Below are positions 23,948 through 36,560 of a stretch of DNA of 64,000 nucleotides, one piece after another. Location of the stretch: positions 64,480,001 through 64,544,000 of the forward strand of contig NC_043000.1 of the NCBI RefSeq assembly GCF_006345805.1. Direction: 5' to 3'. The notes beneath the pieces were generated by a model. It had not been told where the DNA came from, searched no databases, and worked only from the letters and a program-made list of their open reading frames with translations. The stretch comes from Octopus sinensis (Eukaryota). The position numbers and the translations under genes are program-made. How positions within the stretch are numbered: the stretch's first letter is position 1; every line of letters begins with the position of its first letter.

Positions 23948-25840
23948 AATTTTTTATTGCCCACAAGGGGCCAACATACAGGGGACAATACAATCTGATT
24001 TGGGTCTGACACACAAATGAGAACAACATATAAAATGCGTTTAAAAATTACAATAAGTATAAAATCGGATGATAGGACAACAACATAAGACAACACAAGT
24101 GGGGTGGGGAGACGGGTTCGGCTTGGACCCTGCATACCCCGTTTCGCCACTGATACCTGGGGTAAGTCCTTTATCGTATTCATGTGGTTACATTCATTCG
24201 CAACATCCGTGCTACATTCATCCGTCGACTAGTGAACATTTTCGCCGACAGGCATTTTCTCTCTAGCCCTATTTTTCTCTTCAGGTGAAAAGTGAAAAAA
24301 TTCACCAGTGCAGGGCCAGAGATGAAGCTACTTGTCTTCAGTCCTTTCACTCTAGTCTTCCATGTCACCTCTTTCGCAATTGCTACTACTACGAGAAAAC
24401 AATTCTTACCCTCTTTCGATAAGGAAACAGGTAGGTCAATTTTTAGAATTGACTCAGACGACAGCTGTACTCTTCTTGTACTCGACAATAGTTGTTCAAC
24501 ATAAGCCCACACCTCCGAGCACTGAACAATAGCATGCAGGACGGTTTCCCTGTCTTGCCCGCATCTTAGACAGGTCGACGGGCCGTGGCAACCGTCTTGT
24601 GACCTCATTTCGAATAGGCAAGGCTCCTCGGTAACACTGCCAAGCCAGAGGCTTCTGAAAGTTATCCAGGGTCTTCGGCCCGAATGTACGTTGTAACAGA
24701 CTGGCCAGCTGATTATCATCGAGACCTAGGGTTCCCCTAAGGTATCGTCACATTCCGACTCTACCAACCCTCTATAGAAACATGCGGTTGAACCACTACC
24801 GCTGGCATAACCCGAGCAACAGAATAGCAGGAGAGCCTTACGGCACTCCGTAAACCATGTACCCAACTTCGATCTACGATAGAACCAGGTTTCCCGTACA
24901 CTGAAACTAGTGAACTTGGGAAACCTGTTTCGCAAGTGGAGACCACACCCGTTCACCATCCAAGTGAAACCACATATGCCTCAACCTCAGTGCACATCAA
25001 CATCCAAGGCACCCGTAGTCCACCCTTTAACGGTTCTTGGCAGGAAATAGAGCGTTTCACAAGCGATTTCGATCCCCTCCACATGAAGTGGAGGAGCTGT
25101 TTTTCCAGCTTGATTAACCACGAATCAGGGCAAGGAACGACGGTTAGGCGGTAAATGGTGACCGATGCGATAAACATATTGGCTACCCCCGCCCTCCCTT
25201 TCAGGGGTAGCCACTGCCAAGACTCTCTCTAGCCACTAAACCTATGCTATATCTAATAGACGCAAATTTAATAGCTCGTTTGTGAGCACACCACCATTTG
25301 TTATTAATAATGCCCTTTGTATTAACAACTTAATCCGGTTTCTGTACTCCTCAATCGCCAAAAAGGATGTATTAAGCTTCCAGTAGCCGGAACCTCTACT
25401 ATATAGCTTATTTATGTCAAGCTTACAGGTGACAAGCTTGTGATCACTGTAGCTGACCAGGTGGAACTATGGACACTTAGCTATATTTCTATTTACTTTT
25501 CTAACAAAAATTCTATCTAAGTATGACCTGGAGGACCTGTCGCTGCTTGACCATGTCCACAATGGAGCGTTCGGAAATTCCAGTCTATATGGATCTGCCA
25601 GCTGAAAGCGACTTAGCAGATCCTGGAGGCAAGAGTTACCTTTCCTATCTGTGTATGAGCTAACATAATTCACGCGCGTATCGCAGATTGTGTTATAGTC
25701 TCCTAGCAAAACTAGTGAATATGACGTACCCAGAAACTTTTCCAGGTCACGAAAATACCCACTTTACCCAGTTGAATTGGGTGCATAAATTGCAACCAGT
25801 CTGATAGTCTTACTACAGCTGAACGTCAAGTCCATGACTA
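23948..25840 (-). mobile_element. Tx1/L1-like LINE relic: APE endonuclease joined to the post-RT/zinc-finger region, RT missing
   Basis: EN motifs IRLVAIYAPN, LGDYN, SRSYLDRIF, GYWKLN; then LKGRAGVA...YRLTVVPCP, KGGLRVP and CLRCGQDRETVLHAIVQC; 3' tail at 23948-23990. Confidence 0.82.
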
Positions 25841-26155
25841 TCAGCCTACCCGTGAATCATTCTGAAAACCCAAGGATTTTCAAGAGTTATGCAAAGTTGT
25901 ATCCGTCTCGAGAAGGCATAGATGATTAAGAGCCTTTTCGAAGAGTGGTCATACACACTTTCGTCCAACTGCAGAGCGCCAGACATATTTCCAGTGAAGC
26001 ATTACTCATTTTAGACAATGCCCCAGGCCACCCAGTGAACTTAAATGAACCTTCTGATTATGTGTAAGTAGAATATATCTACAATACAATACAACTTCTT
26101 AGCTCCAGCCAATGGTATGATAATTAACTTCAAGGCATGTTATGTGACAAGAGCT
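25841..26155 (+). mobile_element. pogo/Tigger-type DDE transposase fragment
   Basis: HSENPRIFK, ALLILDNAPGHP, INFKACY. Confidence 0.72.
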
Positions 26156-26380
26156 GAAGGCAGTAAGCTGGCAGAATCATTAGCACGCCGGGCGAAATGC
26201 TCAACGGTATTTCGTCTACCGTTACGTTCTGAGTTCAAATTCCGTCGAGGTCGACTTTGCCTTTCATCCTTTCGGGGTCGATAAATTAAGTACCAGTTGA
26301 CCTCGGAGGAATTTGAACTCAGACGAAATGCCGCTAAGCATTTTGCCCGGCGTGCCAACGATTCTGCCAGCTCGCCGCTT
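26156..26380. mobile_element. Two SINE family A copies fused in inverted orientation
   Basis: Plus copy 26156-26298 directly followed by minus copy 26299-26380. Confidence 0.85.
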
Positions 26381-27834
26381 TGCCCAATTGCACTATTACG
26401 ATTCTCATTTATTCCTTAATGTATTTCTCTTCAAATGTTTTTATTTATCCATATTATAATGTGTATGCTTAGAAATTATAATTTCCATTCATAAAAGCGA
26501 TGTATTGCTGGTTTTTTTCTCTGGCGAAATTTATTCTCAATTTATAATATGACACTTATTGGGAAAAGTAATAGCACATTACAAGCTTTCTCGTTACAAG
26601 ATTTTTAGGAACGTATTGCTCCTGTTGCGCGGGCGAGTCCTGTATTTTGTTGCTGTTTAGTCCCATTCAGTCATGATTGTGCAGATCTAGGATTGAAGAC
26701 GTTCCAGCAATGACCATTCCACCCTTTGCTCGAGCATTGTGTTTTTAGGACTACCCATTTCCCAGTCCAGTATATTACACGTATTTACTTTGGCATCCAA
26801 TGTGTAATTTGAGGTAACTGTGGTTGCAATTTCTAGCAGACCTAGCAACTACGCAGACTTAGCCCATGGATCAGTAACGTTTAAATAGCGTACAAGTACG
26901 AGCAAAACACTCAAAGAATCGAAATCTGTTGACTAGCTTTCGATTACTTGTTGAAATAAGTTCCATTACATATTAGCGCAATGTTCTCGTAAATGGCATG
27001 TACAACACCCAGTCTAATTCCTCCGCTTCTCTTCAGATTTGCAGTAAAATACCTAGGATTCAGTTCTTTTTGAAAATTATATGAAAGTATACAGATATTC
27101 AGATATATGAAAGTATACAGATATGAAAGTATACAGTATACAGTAGAATAGTACTAGATTTCAAGTTCTTGTTGCTATGGACACTAGTATTCGTCATCCC
27201 ATAGATTAAGGTTTACATATGATTTGTGTGAATGGATATCCAGTCAAGTGATGCTTCTTTCACTGCCTGTGAAGCTCCAGGCACAAGCAGCAGGCTGTTA
27301 CTTGTACGATTTGATATACTTGATTCTCTACGTCTTCATTAGTGAAACACAGGTATAAGTGTAACCTGATCCTATGACAGACAAATATTCTAGCGAGACC
27401 TGCCTATGTAATGCGATACCAGACATTCTGTAAATTGTAAAAGTTATCATCTGATTGTTGTTAAATGTAAGAGGTATTTATGTAAAATAGATTACCTTTT
27501 AGGTCATTACTTCATAAACTGGGTGCTTTGTTTGCTCACAAGGGGCAATGTTAAGGGTGATACGGAGCGCTGGGTGTTTTCAGTGATCGTGATGTTAAAT
27601 AAAAGTGGTATTTATGTAGAGCAGATTATCATTTAGGTCACTGATTTTTAAACTAAATGCACCCTTCGGTGCTTTGTGAGCTCTGAAGGGGCAATGTAAA
27701 GGGTGATATGGGGACACTGGGTGTTTTCAGTAATTGTAATTTGTCTTTCAAATATTTAAACCAGATACACTGTTTATATTTTAGTAGAGCTTAGACACTG
27801 TACGAGCGCATGTATGACGATTTCGTCGCTCTGT

Positions 27835-28600
27835 GTATGCATCTCAGGCAGACGCTGTTGACAACACTACCATGCTTGCAGAGTTTATCCAGAACTAGCA
27901 ATGTCCTCCGGTAGCACTGCTGAGCCAGGGATTTCTGGAAATTATCTAGGGGCCTTGGACTGAAAGTCCTTCAGAACAGACCAGTCATTTGATTCCCGTC
28001 GACACCCAGTGTCTCTCCAAGAACGCCATGACACCTGCTGGCCGCTAATTCCCCGTAGAAGGTCATAGTGGAGCTTCTACCCTTCTACCGACTGCATTGA
28101 TCGACTGACAGAGGGCTGTGAGTAGCTGACACCACTTTCCCTGCCAAACAAGAGACGAGCCGTGAAAGTGAGTCTAACAAACAGCAACCACACCTACTCA
28201 CCGTCAAGAAACACTTGACATGTTGCAACCTCTGTACATGTCTGCGCATCATTATCCACGACATGCTCAGTCCTCCACGCAGCGGATGTTGAGAGCAAAT
28301 GGTTCGTCTTATCAACAGAACCTGTACCCCCCACAAAAAGTTGAAGAGCGAGCGCTCCAATCTGGTCAGTCATTCAGCAGGGCATGGCATGTCAGTCAGG
28401 CAGTGGTAGATGGCGCATTTAATGTAGGCATTCACTATTCCCGCCCTTCCCTCCAGAAACAGCTTCCTCTCGGTCTCTTTCTGGATGATATTGGCCAATA
28501 TGCTCGCCCTAGTTCTTGTCTAGCTGGCGTTGTGGAACAAACCAGACCTCAAGCAATTTAACTGGCCCGTCTGTCCAACGCTCAAGGATGCTGTCAGGAG
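27835..28600 (-). mobile_element. Tx1/L1-like LINE fragment (post-RT region)
   Basis: ERSLFNFLWG...RRTICSQHPLRGGLSM...RRH..RLQH, homologous to 24953-25177 and 58559-59041. Confidence 0.72.
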
Positions 28601-28843
28601 GCAAGGATCAGCCGTTCCAAGTGCTGATCTGAAGGGATGAAAAGCAAAGTTGATCTCTGTGGGATATGAGCTCAGGACATAACGAGTCAGAAGAAATGTT
28701 GTAAAGCCTTTTGTCCGACGTGCTAACAATTCCGCCAGTTCACCATCTTTAATACAGTTCTTTTATAATTTACCACACATAATCATCTATATGCAATGTG
28801 GTTCTAAGCAGAATGGTACTAAAACAATTGTAATCAATATTAG

Positions 28844-29060
28844 TTTCAAATTTTGGTACAAGGCCAGCAATTTTTGGAGGTCGGGGGCGGGTAAGTTCAT
28901 TGCATCGACTCCAGTGCTCAAAGGTACTTAATTTATCGACTCCGAAAGGATGAAAAGCAAAGTCAGCCTCGGCAGAATTTGAACTTAGAACGTAAAGACG
29001 GGCGAAATACCGCTAAGTATTTTGTCCAGCGTGCTAACGATTCTGCCAGCTCGCTACCTT
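28844..29060 (-). mobile_element. SINE family A with a degenerate 18-bp TSD (a further fragment lies at ~28625-28790)
   Basis: AATTGTAATCAATATTAG at 28826-28843 versus AATTATAATCGATACTAG at 29061-29078. Confidence 0.8.
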
Positions 29061-29775
29061 AATTATAATCGATACTAGTCGTATATCGTCGCTACGCTGC
29101 CGGGTAACGACCTAGTTAAGATGAAATAAACCCTTCAGCAGAAGTCTACTACAATGATAATATTGATATACTCAACAACAACCAGTTTTTTTTTCTTGAC
29201 ACCAAGTTTAATTCGATTTTACTTATGTTATACTGACATCTTATTTTCTTCCTTGTCTTACACACACACGCGCGCGTACATTTGTGTGTGTGTGTGAGTG
29301 TGCACAAAAAAGTTTTAATTAAAACTTTATTGCAGGTGTTATCACCTCTTACACTCTATTCTGGAGTCTCACGTCACAAGGGTGTGGTGCATGCCCCACA
29401 TTAGAAACACTGAGACGTAAGCTCGTAGTAAACACGCACTGCTCAAGTATTTTTAGGTGGGAGCAGGTAATAAAAATTTATATTGGCCTGTTAACAGGTG
29501 GTGAAGACGGTCAACATGTTTTTTTTTTCCACGTATTTATGTGTTTGATTGTAAAATGTGATAAGATGATATCGAACGTAACCACAGAAACGCAAAAATA
29601 CATGGTTTCTCTGCGATCATAACCTGTATTTTCTTCCAACTGGGGGGATTGGCAGGTGTTGATTAAAATTTGGAACGTATTTATAGTAAAATTTTAATTA
29701 TAGGATGCCATTCTAAAAGAGAAAACAGTTGTAATTATAAAACTTTATTATTCAACTCTATTCCCTTCCTGCCAG

Positions 29776-31140
29776 TCAGAATCTGCCGCAGTTATTTTGG
29801 CTATTTTCATTTCGGGAACCAAATTCCGCAACAACTGCAATCAGATATATTCTGTCTGTCCGTTCCTTGTGATACGAAAATACAGTAAGAGAATGCAATC
29901 TCTCTTGTATCATCCTGATAGAAGATATAGCTTTAATTGTTTTGCTTAGAGAAATTGTTCTTTCAGCCGTGGGATATGTTGCAGGAATTACCAAGCAAAA
30001 ATTGGCAAATTATAAAAATCCCTGATAACAGTCATCAGCTGTTTTTTCATTCAGATAGTGTACAATATCATTTAAATGGTAACGATCTTTCTCATAGAAA
30101 CCTCCAGTGCAGAAATCTGAACTATCAAAGAATTAATGTCAATGCCATCGGCATATCTTACCTTAATGAAAGTGTTTTCTGTTGAGTTGTTCTCTTTGCT
30201 GTTTGCCTTTAGAATCAATATCTCCACTCTTGAATATATCTTGTAATTCGTCTGATCAAAGTCCAGAGTAGAAAATATCGTCTCTACAGCTTCAAAATAC
30301 AGGTTTGTAATAGTCATATAGTGTAGACAGAAATGTACCTTCTTCAATTTCACATTAATTTTCGCTACCTTTCACTTCTGTAGAAATACAGGTTCTGAGT
30401 TGTAATGATGTGACTCTTACCTTTCACAATATACCATTAGAGAAGATGTGAAACGAAACTGCATTCCTCATATCGTTTAAATTTTTTTTAGTAATTTCAG
30501 CCATCCCCCGTCGCCGTTTTAGCTGCTGGCAATGACTTTGTATACGAGTTCAAGTATTGGCCGAGATTATTTCAAAGTAGAAACTAGGCGTTTCCATTTT
30601 GGCATCGAACATCAGTATTTAATTGTAGCTGTACTAATATTCGAATAATTTTCCAGAATTCGTTGAATGTACTCAACACATATTGTGTATCTTAAGATAT
30701 GACCAGACACCAATTTTCTTTCAGACTTTTGAAGTTCTTTTGTTTAGCTCACCAAATAGTTTTTTCCTCTTAGGTGAACATTTGATTAAATCAACAAATT
30801 CCTTATTGTCACTCACCATATCAAATTGTATCTTACATTGCGTTCTAGCTTCCCTCACACTCAGACATAAAGAATATGCTTGACTATATAGTGTTAAAAC
30901 CTTTAGTTGAGGTTTTACCAAATGCCTGACCACTCCAGATTTTTTCTCAAGCATGTTGCTCTCTCCTTCAAAGCATACATTTGGATAAATGTGGTTGCAG
31001 TTTTTCAGTCTATTGTAAAGGAAAATATTCTTGAAGACCATGTCTAACAAACTATTAAAAAACCGCAGAAGTTCCTCATTGACCAACAAGCGTTTGTTAA
31101 CCAAAGAACACGCTAATTAAATCATTCTAAGTTGGATGCA
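29776..31140 (-). pseudogene. Decayed hAT-superfamily transposase (ZMYM1/P52rIPK-like lineage) with C-terminal dimerisation domain
   Basis: CFEGESNMLEKKSGV...LIKCSPKR; YFEAVETI...FDQTNYKIY; VIPATYPTAERTIS...MIQERLHSL...HKERTD; multiple stops; no TIRs identified. Confidence 0.75.
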
Positions 31141-31317
31141 TCGGTATAGTCATCAACACTAATTGAAAATAATGTTCGTGATATTTCACAATGGAAATCT
31201 CTCGTAACAAAGTTAGTCATTGTTGAATAGAACTAATTTTGAAATTTTGTAGTTTAACAACTTAATTACAAGACCCTTTATTTTATCACATTAATCTATC
31301 AAATTAAAGATTTTAAA

Positions 31318-31566
31318 CCCTTTCATATCTTTAGTAGCGTAGTATGAAGCTTTAGTAAATTAACCTCTAAAACACAATATAAAGATTCTAATATTTGTTG
31401 CATTTATTCCATTAAATCTAAGTCTAGTGAATTAACACAATAACTTTTATAGCAATTACTATTATCTGTTGAAATATTGTGCTTTTATTACCATTCCACT
31501 GCATGAGCTATTTTAAACCATGAAAATATTTTTACGGTACAAAGAAATAATTCAAATGTGAAAGGG
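31318..31566. mobile_element. piggyBac-type MITE
   Basis: TIRs CCCTTTCATAT / ATGTGAAAGGG (10 of 11); TTAA on the right flank and TAAA on the left. Confidence 0.6.
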
Positions 31567-32030
31567 TTAATTGATTAACTAAAATAAATAGCAATTTCCT
31601 TTACAAACAATTCATAAAATAGACTAATTATTTACTTACTTCCCACTAGTGTTCGTTATATTTGCAAATTGAATATGAAACAATAATAGTATTTTTTTTC
31701 TTTTCTAGCTCCTCATCAGTCACCCACAATTGACAAATATGGGTGGCTACTATGATGTATCCGGGCACCATTAATCATTCAGTTCTTTTACTTGCAGATA
31801 CGTCACTATTGCCCAACTATCGTTATCCATGAAACCAAGTTTTCTCACCTGATGTAAAAAATTTTATACCTTATTTTAATATTATTTTATATGAAAAGTG
31901 TGCAAGGGGTGGTTATAGCCTCATCCCACCACGACTAGCCTCTACCTAGCTGTTTATCATTTTTTCAAACTTCTGAGAAATAGTTTAATTTACTATGTTT
32001 ATATGTATGTTTACTACGTAGGTTTACTCA

Positions 32031-32104
32031 CACATACATACATACATACATACATACATACATACATACATACATACATACATACATACATACATACATA
32101 CATA
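32031..32104. repeat. (CATA)n microsatellite
   Basis: Direct reading. Confidence 0.95.
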
Positions 32105-33081
32105 AGGAGAGATAGAAGGAGCCAGAAAACAAAGAGGGAGCCAGATGTAATAAAGCATTCAAATCCTATTTTCCAGTTTATTGGCTATCCCTACCATTTT
32201 CAAAAGAAAAATCCCACAAACTTCCAACATATGGGTTCCTTAACTGATCCAGTTTCCAAGTAACTAGGTTCAGTGCTGTTGCATACTGGTGATTGAATGT
32301 AAAGAACCAATATTTAAAAATCTAATATGATTGTAGTGTATCAAGGAATCAGTCTTGCAGTGCTACACTTTTCCCTGACATGAACAACATACAACTACGA
32401 ACCAACAATTCAACTTCTAAGTGGACGCTCGATCTCCAAGAAATATCCACCAAATCTCCTTTAACTCACCCCCAAAGCTCTTCAAAAGAGAAAAAAGTGT
32501 GCTCGATCAGGATTGACCAGGGTATAAAAAACAACAACGGCAAAATGCAACTACCAGCCCCCAAGTCGCTAAAAGTGATTGATATCTGATGCTCTCTCAT
32601 TGCTATTACCATGATGTCTAGCATCATCAAATCTGCATTCAAAAAAATTTGCCTTTCGCTTCAGAACTTGAAAAATGTTTCACTTTTGATCAGATGCTGA
32701 CCTAGAAACTTCAAGTGATGTAAATACCTGATGAGAACCTGATATGGTTCCAAAATCGATTAAGGCGGTTCATATTTTTGTTCAGTCTTCGAAGAAATAG
32801 TTTAATTTGCTACGTTTGTATGTCTACAACGTAGAGTTACACACGCACACATACATACATGATGGCTGCCCCCTCGTTATCGAGTATGGTCATTGCACGA
32901 AACTTAACTGTTATTGGTGCTATGATCGAATGTGACTTTTATTTGCTTTTTAAGGCTACAGCCAGCTATTCAGTTGAGACTCACACTACTATCAACAATC
33001 ATGAACAATGTTGCTATCGTGCAATGCCTGTGCAAGAAAATTTTTTTTCAAGTGAGGAAAGGCTGTGCACTGAGTCAATCC

Positions 33082-33320
33082 TGTTATATAATCATCACAA
33101 CAAACATGAACAATCAACATCGCCCATTGTCTCCTTGATAAAAGGACTTTCACTTTGTTTCCCGCCAAAACAATTAACTTGTACAACAACGGCAGTCGAA
33201 TAAAGTATCTTGTATCGTTAACACGTTGTTTCAGTCTCTCTCATTTTCTTAATCTTTCATACTAAGTACTCACTACTTCCTTTAATACTCAATACTATAT
33301 ATATATATATAACAACAACA
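33082..33320 (+). repeat. 5' LTR (239 bp)
   Basis: Differs from the 3' LTR by one substitution, one 1-bp indel and one (AT) unit; contains AATAAA. Confidence 0.95.
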
Positions 33321-33331
33321 TGGTGTCAGAA
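33321..33331 (+). promoter_or_regulatory. Primer-binding site TGGTGTCAGAA (tRNA-Leu-type)
   Basis: Immediately 3' of the 5' LTR; complementary to a tRNA 3' end ...UUCUGACACCA (tRNA-Leu assignment from recall). Confidence 0.8.
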
Positions 33332-33398
33332 TACTAAAAGAACCCAAAATACAGAAACCAAAGGAAAAAAAAAGTTGAAATCATACTTCAAAGACGAA

Positions 33399-36300
33399 AT
33401 GGAAAATTTACCGCATCCAAAAGACCTAGACTTTAATCAGGAAAATCTAGCCGCAGCATGGAAAAAGTGGGAAAAAGAATTCAATCTCTTTTTGATAGCA
33501 ACAGAAAGTGACATGAAGCCAGACAAAGTAAAAACTTCAATGTTTTTAACTTGCATCGGTTCTAAAGGCCGAGATATCCATTCCACACTGGATTTCGATT
33601 CACCCGACGAAGAAATGAACCTTCAGACAGTAATCGAAAAATTCGATGCATATTGTGAACCCAGGAAAAACATAACTTTCCTAAGACACAAATTCTTCAC
33701 ATGTGGACAAGCGGAACATCAAAATTCGATGAGTACGTAGTAGAGTTGCGCCAAAAGGCACAACAGTGCGAATTCGGCAACCTCACAGACAGTCTCACCA
33801 AAGATATTCTGATATGTGGAATCAGAGACATGAGATTAAGAGAAAGATTATTGAGAGAACCAAATTTAGACCTACAAAAAACAATTCAAGCAGGTCAGAG
33901 TGCAGAGCAAACACGACTCCAATCAAGGATGCTAAATGCCACATCCGAAACAAGAGATAACGAAATCTCGAGGGTATATAGTCAACACGACAGAAAAGGC
34001 GCCAAAACTCAAATAACCCGCCATATGCAATCCAGACATCAAAACGAACAAGGCGGAAGTGACAGAAAGCCCGCGAAGTTTCAAGCGCCAAGTCAACACT
34101 ACGTCACTAACTGTCACTATTGTGGTTATAATCACAAAAGAAATAAATGCCCAGCATTTCACAAGACATGTGAAAAATGCAAGAAACAAGGACACTATGC
34201 AAAAATGTGCAAATCAAGAAAATTTGTACATAAAGTAGAGATACATACCGACGATGAATCAGATGACGATACACATGCACTCGAAATGATCACTGCAAAT
34301 AATTCCCGCGTGCACAAAATCGAAAAGTTCAAGACTCCAAAAGACATTTGGACGGTCGAACTAAAAGTGAACAACTCGAATGTAACATTCAAAATAGATA
34401 CAGGAGCAGACGTAACCGTACTGCCATTCAGAGAATATAGAAATATAATTCCAAAACCACAACTGCAAAAAACTTCAACTCGATTATCAGCTTATAATAA
34501 CACAGCTATAAAAGTGCTAGGAAAATGCACAGCAGTCATTAAATACAAAGAATTATCAAAGCAAATAAAATTCATTGTTGCAAAAACAAACTCGCACGCA
34601 GTTATAGATGCAAACACAGCTAAAGATCTGAACCTGATTCAGAGAATTTCAAAATAAATTCGTCGAACACAAACGACATATTAGAAAAATATGAAGACTG
34701 TTTCGGAGAAATCGGCACTTTGTCAATAACACATCATATCACAGTGGATCCACAAATAACTCCTGTAATTCATCCACCAAGATCGGTTCCTTTTTCTATA
34801 AAAGAAAAACTCAACAAAGAATTAAAAAGAATGACAGAATTAGATATCATAAACCTGTTAGTGAACCTACAGACTGGGTAAATTCCCTAGTCATCGTTGA
34901 AAAAGCCAACGGAAAACTCCGACTCTGTTTAGACCCCAAGAATCTAAACAAAGCCATAAAAAGGCAACATTTCAAACTCCCTACAGCGGAGGACATTTTT
35001 GCACAAATGCATAACCCTAAATAGTTTTCAAAACTCGATGCATCTAATGGATACTGGCAAATTCCAGTTGACGAAGAAAGCTCCCATCTTTTAACGTTCA
35101 ACACACCTTTTGGAAGGTATCGCTTCACACGACTACAAAGATATGATTTTGACCTAAACCACATACCTGGTAAAGAATCAATTGTTGCAGATACCCTATC
35201 ACGTGCATACCTTGAGCAAAATACTCCAGAAGTATCAGACGAAGATATGAAATCGCACATTCATGCAGTAATAAAAAATTACCCCATAACCGACACTAAA
35301 TTAAAAGAGTATAAAGAAGCCACTGCAGACGACCCGTCTCTACAGACACTCGTCACATATACAAGAACAGAATGGCCCCCAAAAGACAAAATACCAATAA
35401 ACATCAAACCATTCGTATCTGTTCGTGATGAAATATCAATCGTCAATGGTCTCGTTCTAAAAGGTTCAAGAATAATTGTACCTAAGTCATTACGTAGAGA
35501 AGCTCTACAGGAAATACATACCGGACACATGGGTATCGAAAAATGCATAGAGAGAGCGAAGGAATGTATATACTGGCCCGGCATTAACGCTCAAATCAAA
35601 GACATGATTAACACATGCTCATACTGCATTGACTACAAAAATCAACAAGCAGCCGAACCACTAATAAATCATGAAATACCTACTACACCATGGACCAAAG
35701 TGGGTACAGACGTATTTCACCTGTCTGGAAATTCGTATGTCACAATTATTGACTATACAACAAGATTTTTTGATCTACACGAAATAAATGATTGCCAGTC
35801 AAAAACCGTAATCAAAAAATTAAAAGAAACTTTTGCTAAATTCGGAATTCCGCAAACAGTTGTAAGTGACAACGGTCCAGAATTCAATTCGGCTGAATTC
35901 AAAAAATTTGCAAAAAATTGGCATTTTCATCACACGAAGACAAGCCCGCATTATCATCAAGCGAATGGCATGGTTGAGAGAAATATACAGACAATAAAAA
36001 AGACGCTAAAAAAGGCATTCAAAAGTGGCGAAGAACCTCAGTTAGCGCTCTTAGCATTACGCACGACTAAATTACAAAATGGTGCACCATCCCCTGCAAA
36101 TCAAATAATGAATAGAACATTGCGAACAAATCTCCTAAACATACTACACGACAAAATTGGTATCAGGCCTCACGAAAAGAAGAAATCAAACATCACAACA
36201 GAACTCCCAGAGTTAAAACCACACGACACGGTTAGAATTAAGTTTAACAACAATTGGTTTAGAAGGGGCAAAATAATTAAAAAACTAGAGCAACCTCGTT

Positions 36301-36533
36301 CATACTTAGTAATAACAGAGGAAGGAAATACAGTCAAACGAAATAGACAACATATTCTTAAAACAAACGAACACGTTCGCATAACAGAAGAATTAGATTA
36401 TGAAAATACATTTCCAAAATCAACAAACACGCATGAAAAAACAAAAACAGCACAACTACAGAATTCAACACTACAAAATAATAAAACCACAAAAAGTGGA
36501 CGACGAATAATTATTCCCTGTAGATACAGATGA
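33399..36533 (+). pseudogene. gag-pol: gag-pol polyprotein, disrupted
   Basis: Two zinc knuckles CHYCGYNHKRNKC and CEKCKKQGHYAKMC; protease FKIDTGAD; RT start WVNSLVIVEK...LCLDP...SKLDASNGYWQ; three -1 frameshifts, TAG at 35022-35024, in-frame RT/RNase H deletion at ~35130. Confidence 0.92.
35247..36533 (+). CDS. Uninterrupted integrase portion of pol (HHCC + DDE)
   Basis: IHTGHMGIEKC...CSYC; GTDVF, VSDNGPEF, NGMVER; the ATG is internal to pol, so independent expression is not implied. Confidence 0.8.
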   Translation: MKSHIHAVIKNYPITDTKLKEYKEATADDPSLQTLVTYTRTEWPPKDKIPINIKPFVSVRDEISIVNGLVLKGSRIIVPKSLRREALQEIHTGHMGIEKCIERAKECIYWPGINAQIKDMINTCSYCIDYKNQQAAEPLINHEIPTTPWTKVGTDVFHLSGNSYVTIIDYTTRFFDLHEINDCQSKTVIKKLKETFAKFGIPQTVVSDNGPEFNSAEFKKFAKNWHFHHTKTSPHYHQANGMVERNIQTIKKTLKKAFKSGEEPQLALLALRTTKLQNGAPSPANQIMNRTLRTNLLNILHDKIGIRPHEKKKSNITTELPELKPHDTVRIKFNNNWFRRGKIIKKLEQPRSYLVITEEGNTVKRNRQHILKTNEHVRITEELDYENTFPKSTNTHEKTKTAQLQNSTLQNNKTTKSGRRIIIPCRYR

Positions 36534-36536
36534 TAT

Positions 36537-36560
36537 AAAAAAAAAAAAAAAAAAGGAAGA
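36537..36560 (+). promoter_or_regulatory. Polypurine tract
   Basis: A-run plus GGAAGA directly before the 3' LTR. Confidence 0.85.

Noticed and set aside
27466-27735. Degenerate ~145-bp tandem duplication
   Set aside because: Real but old and featureless; no coding or terminal signals
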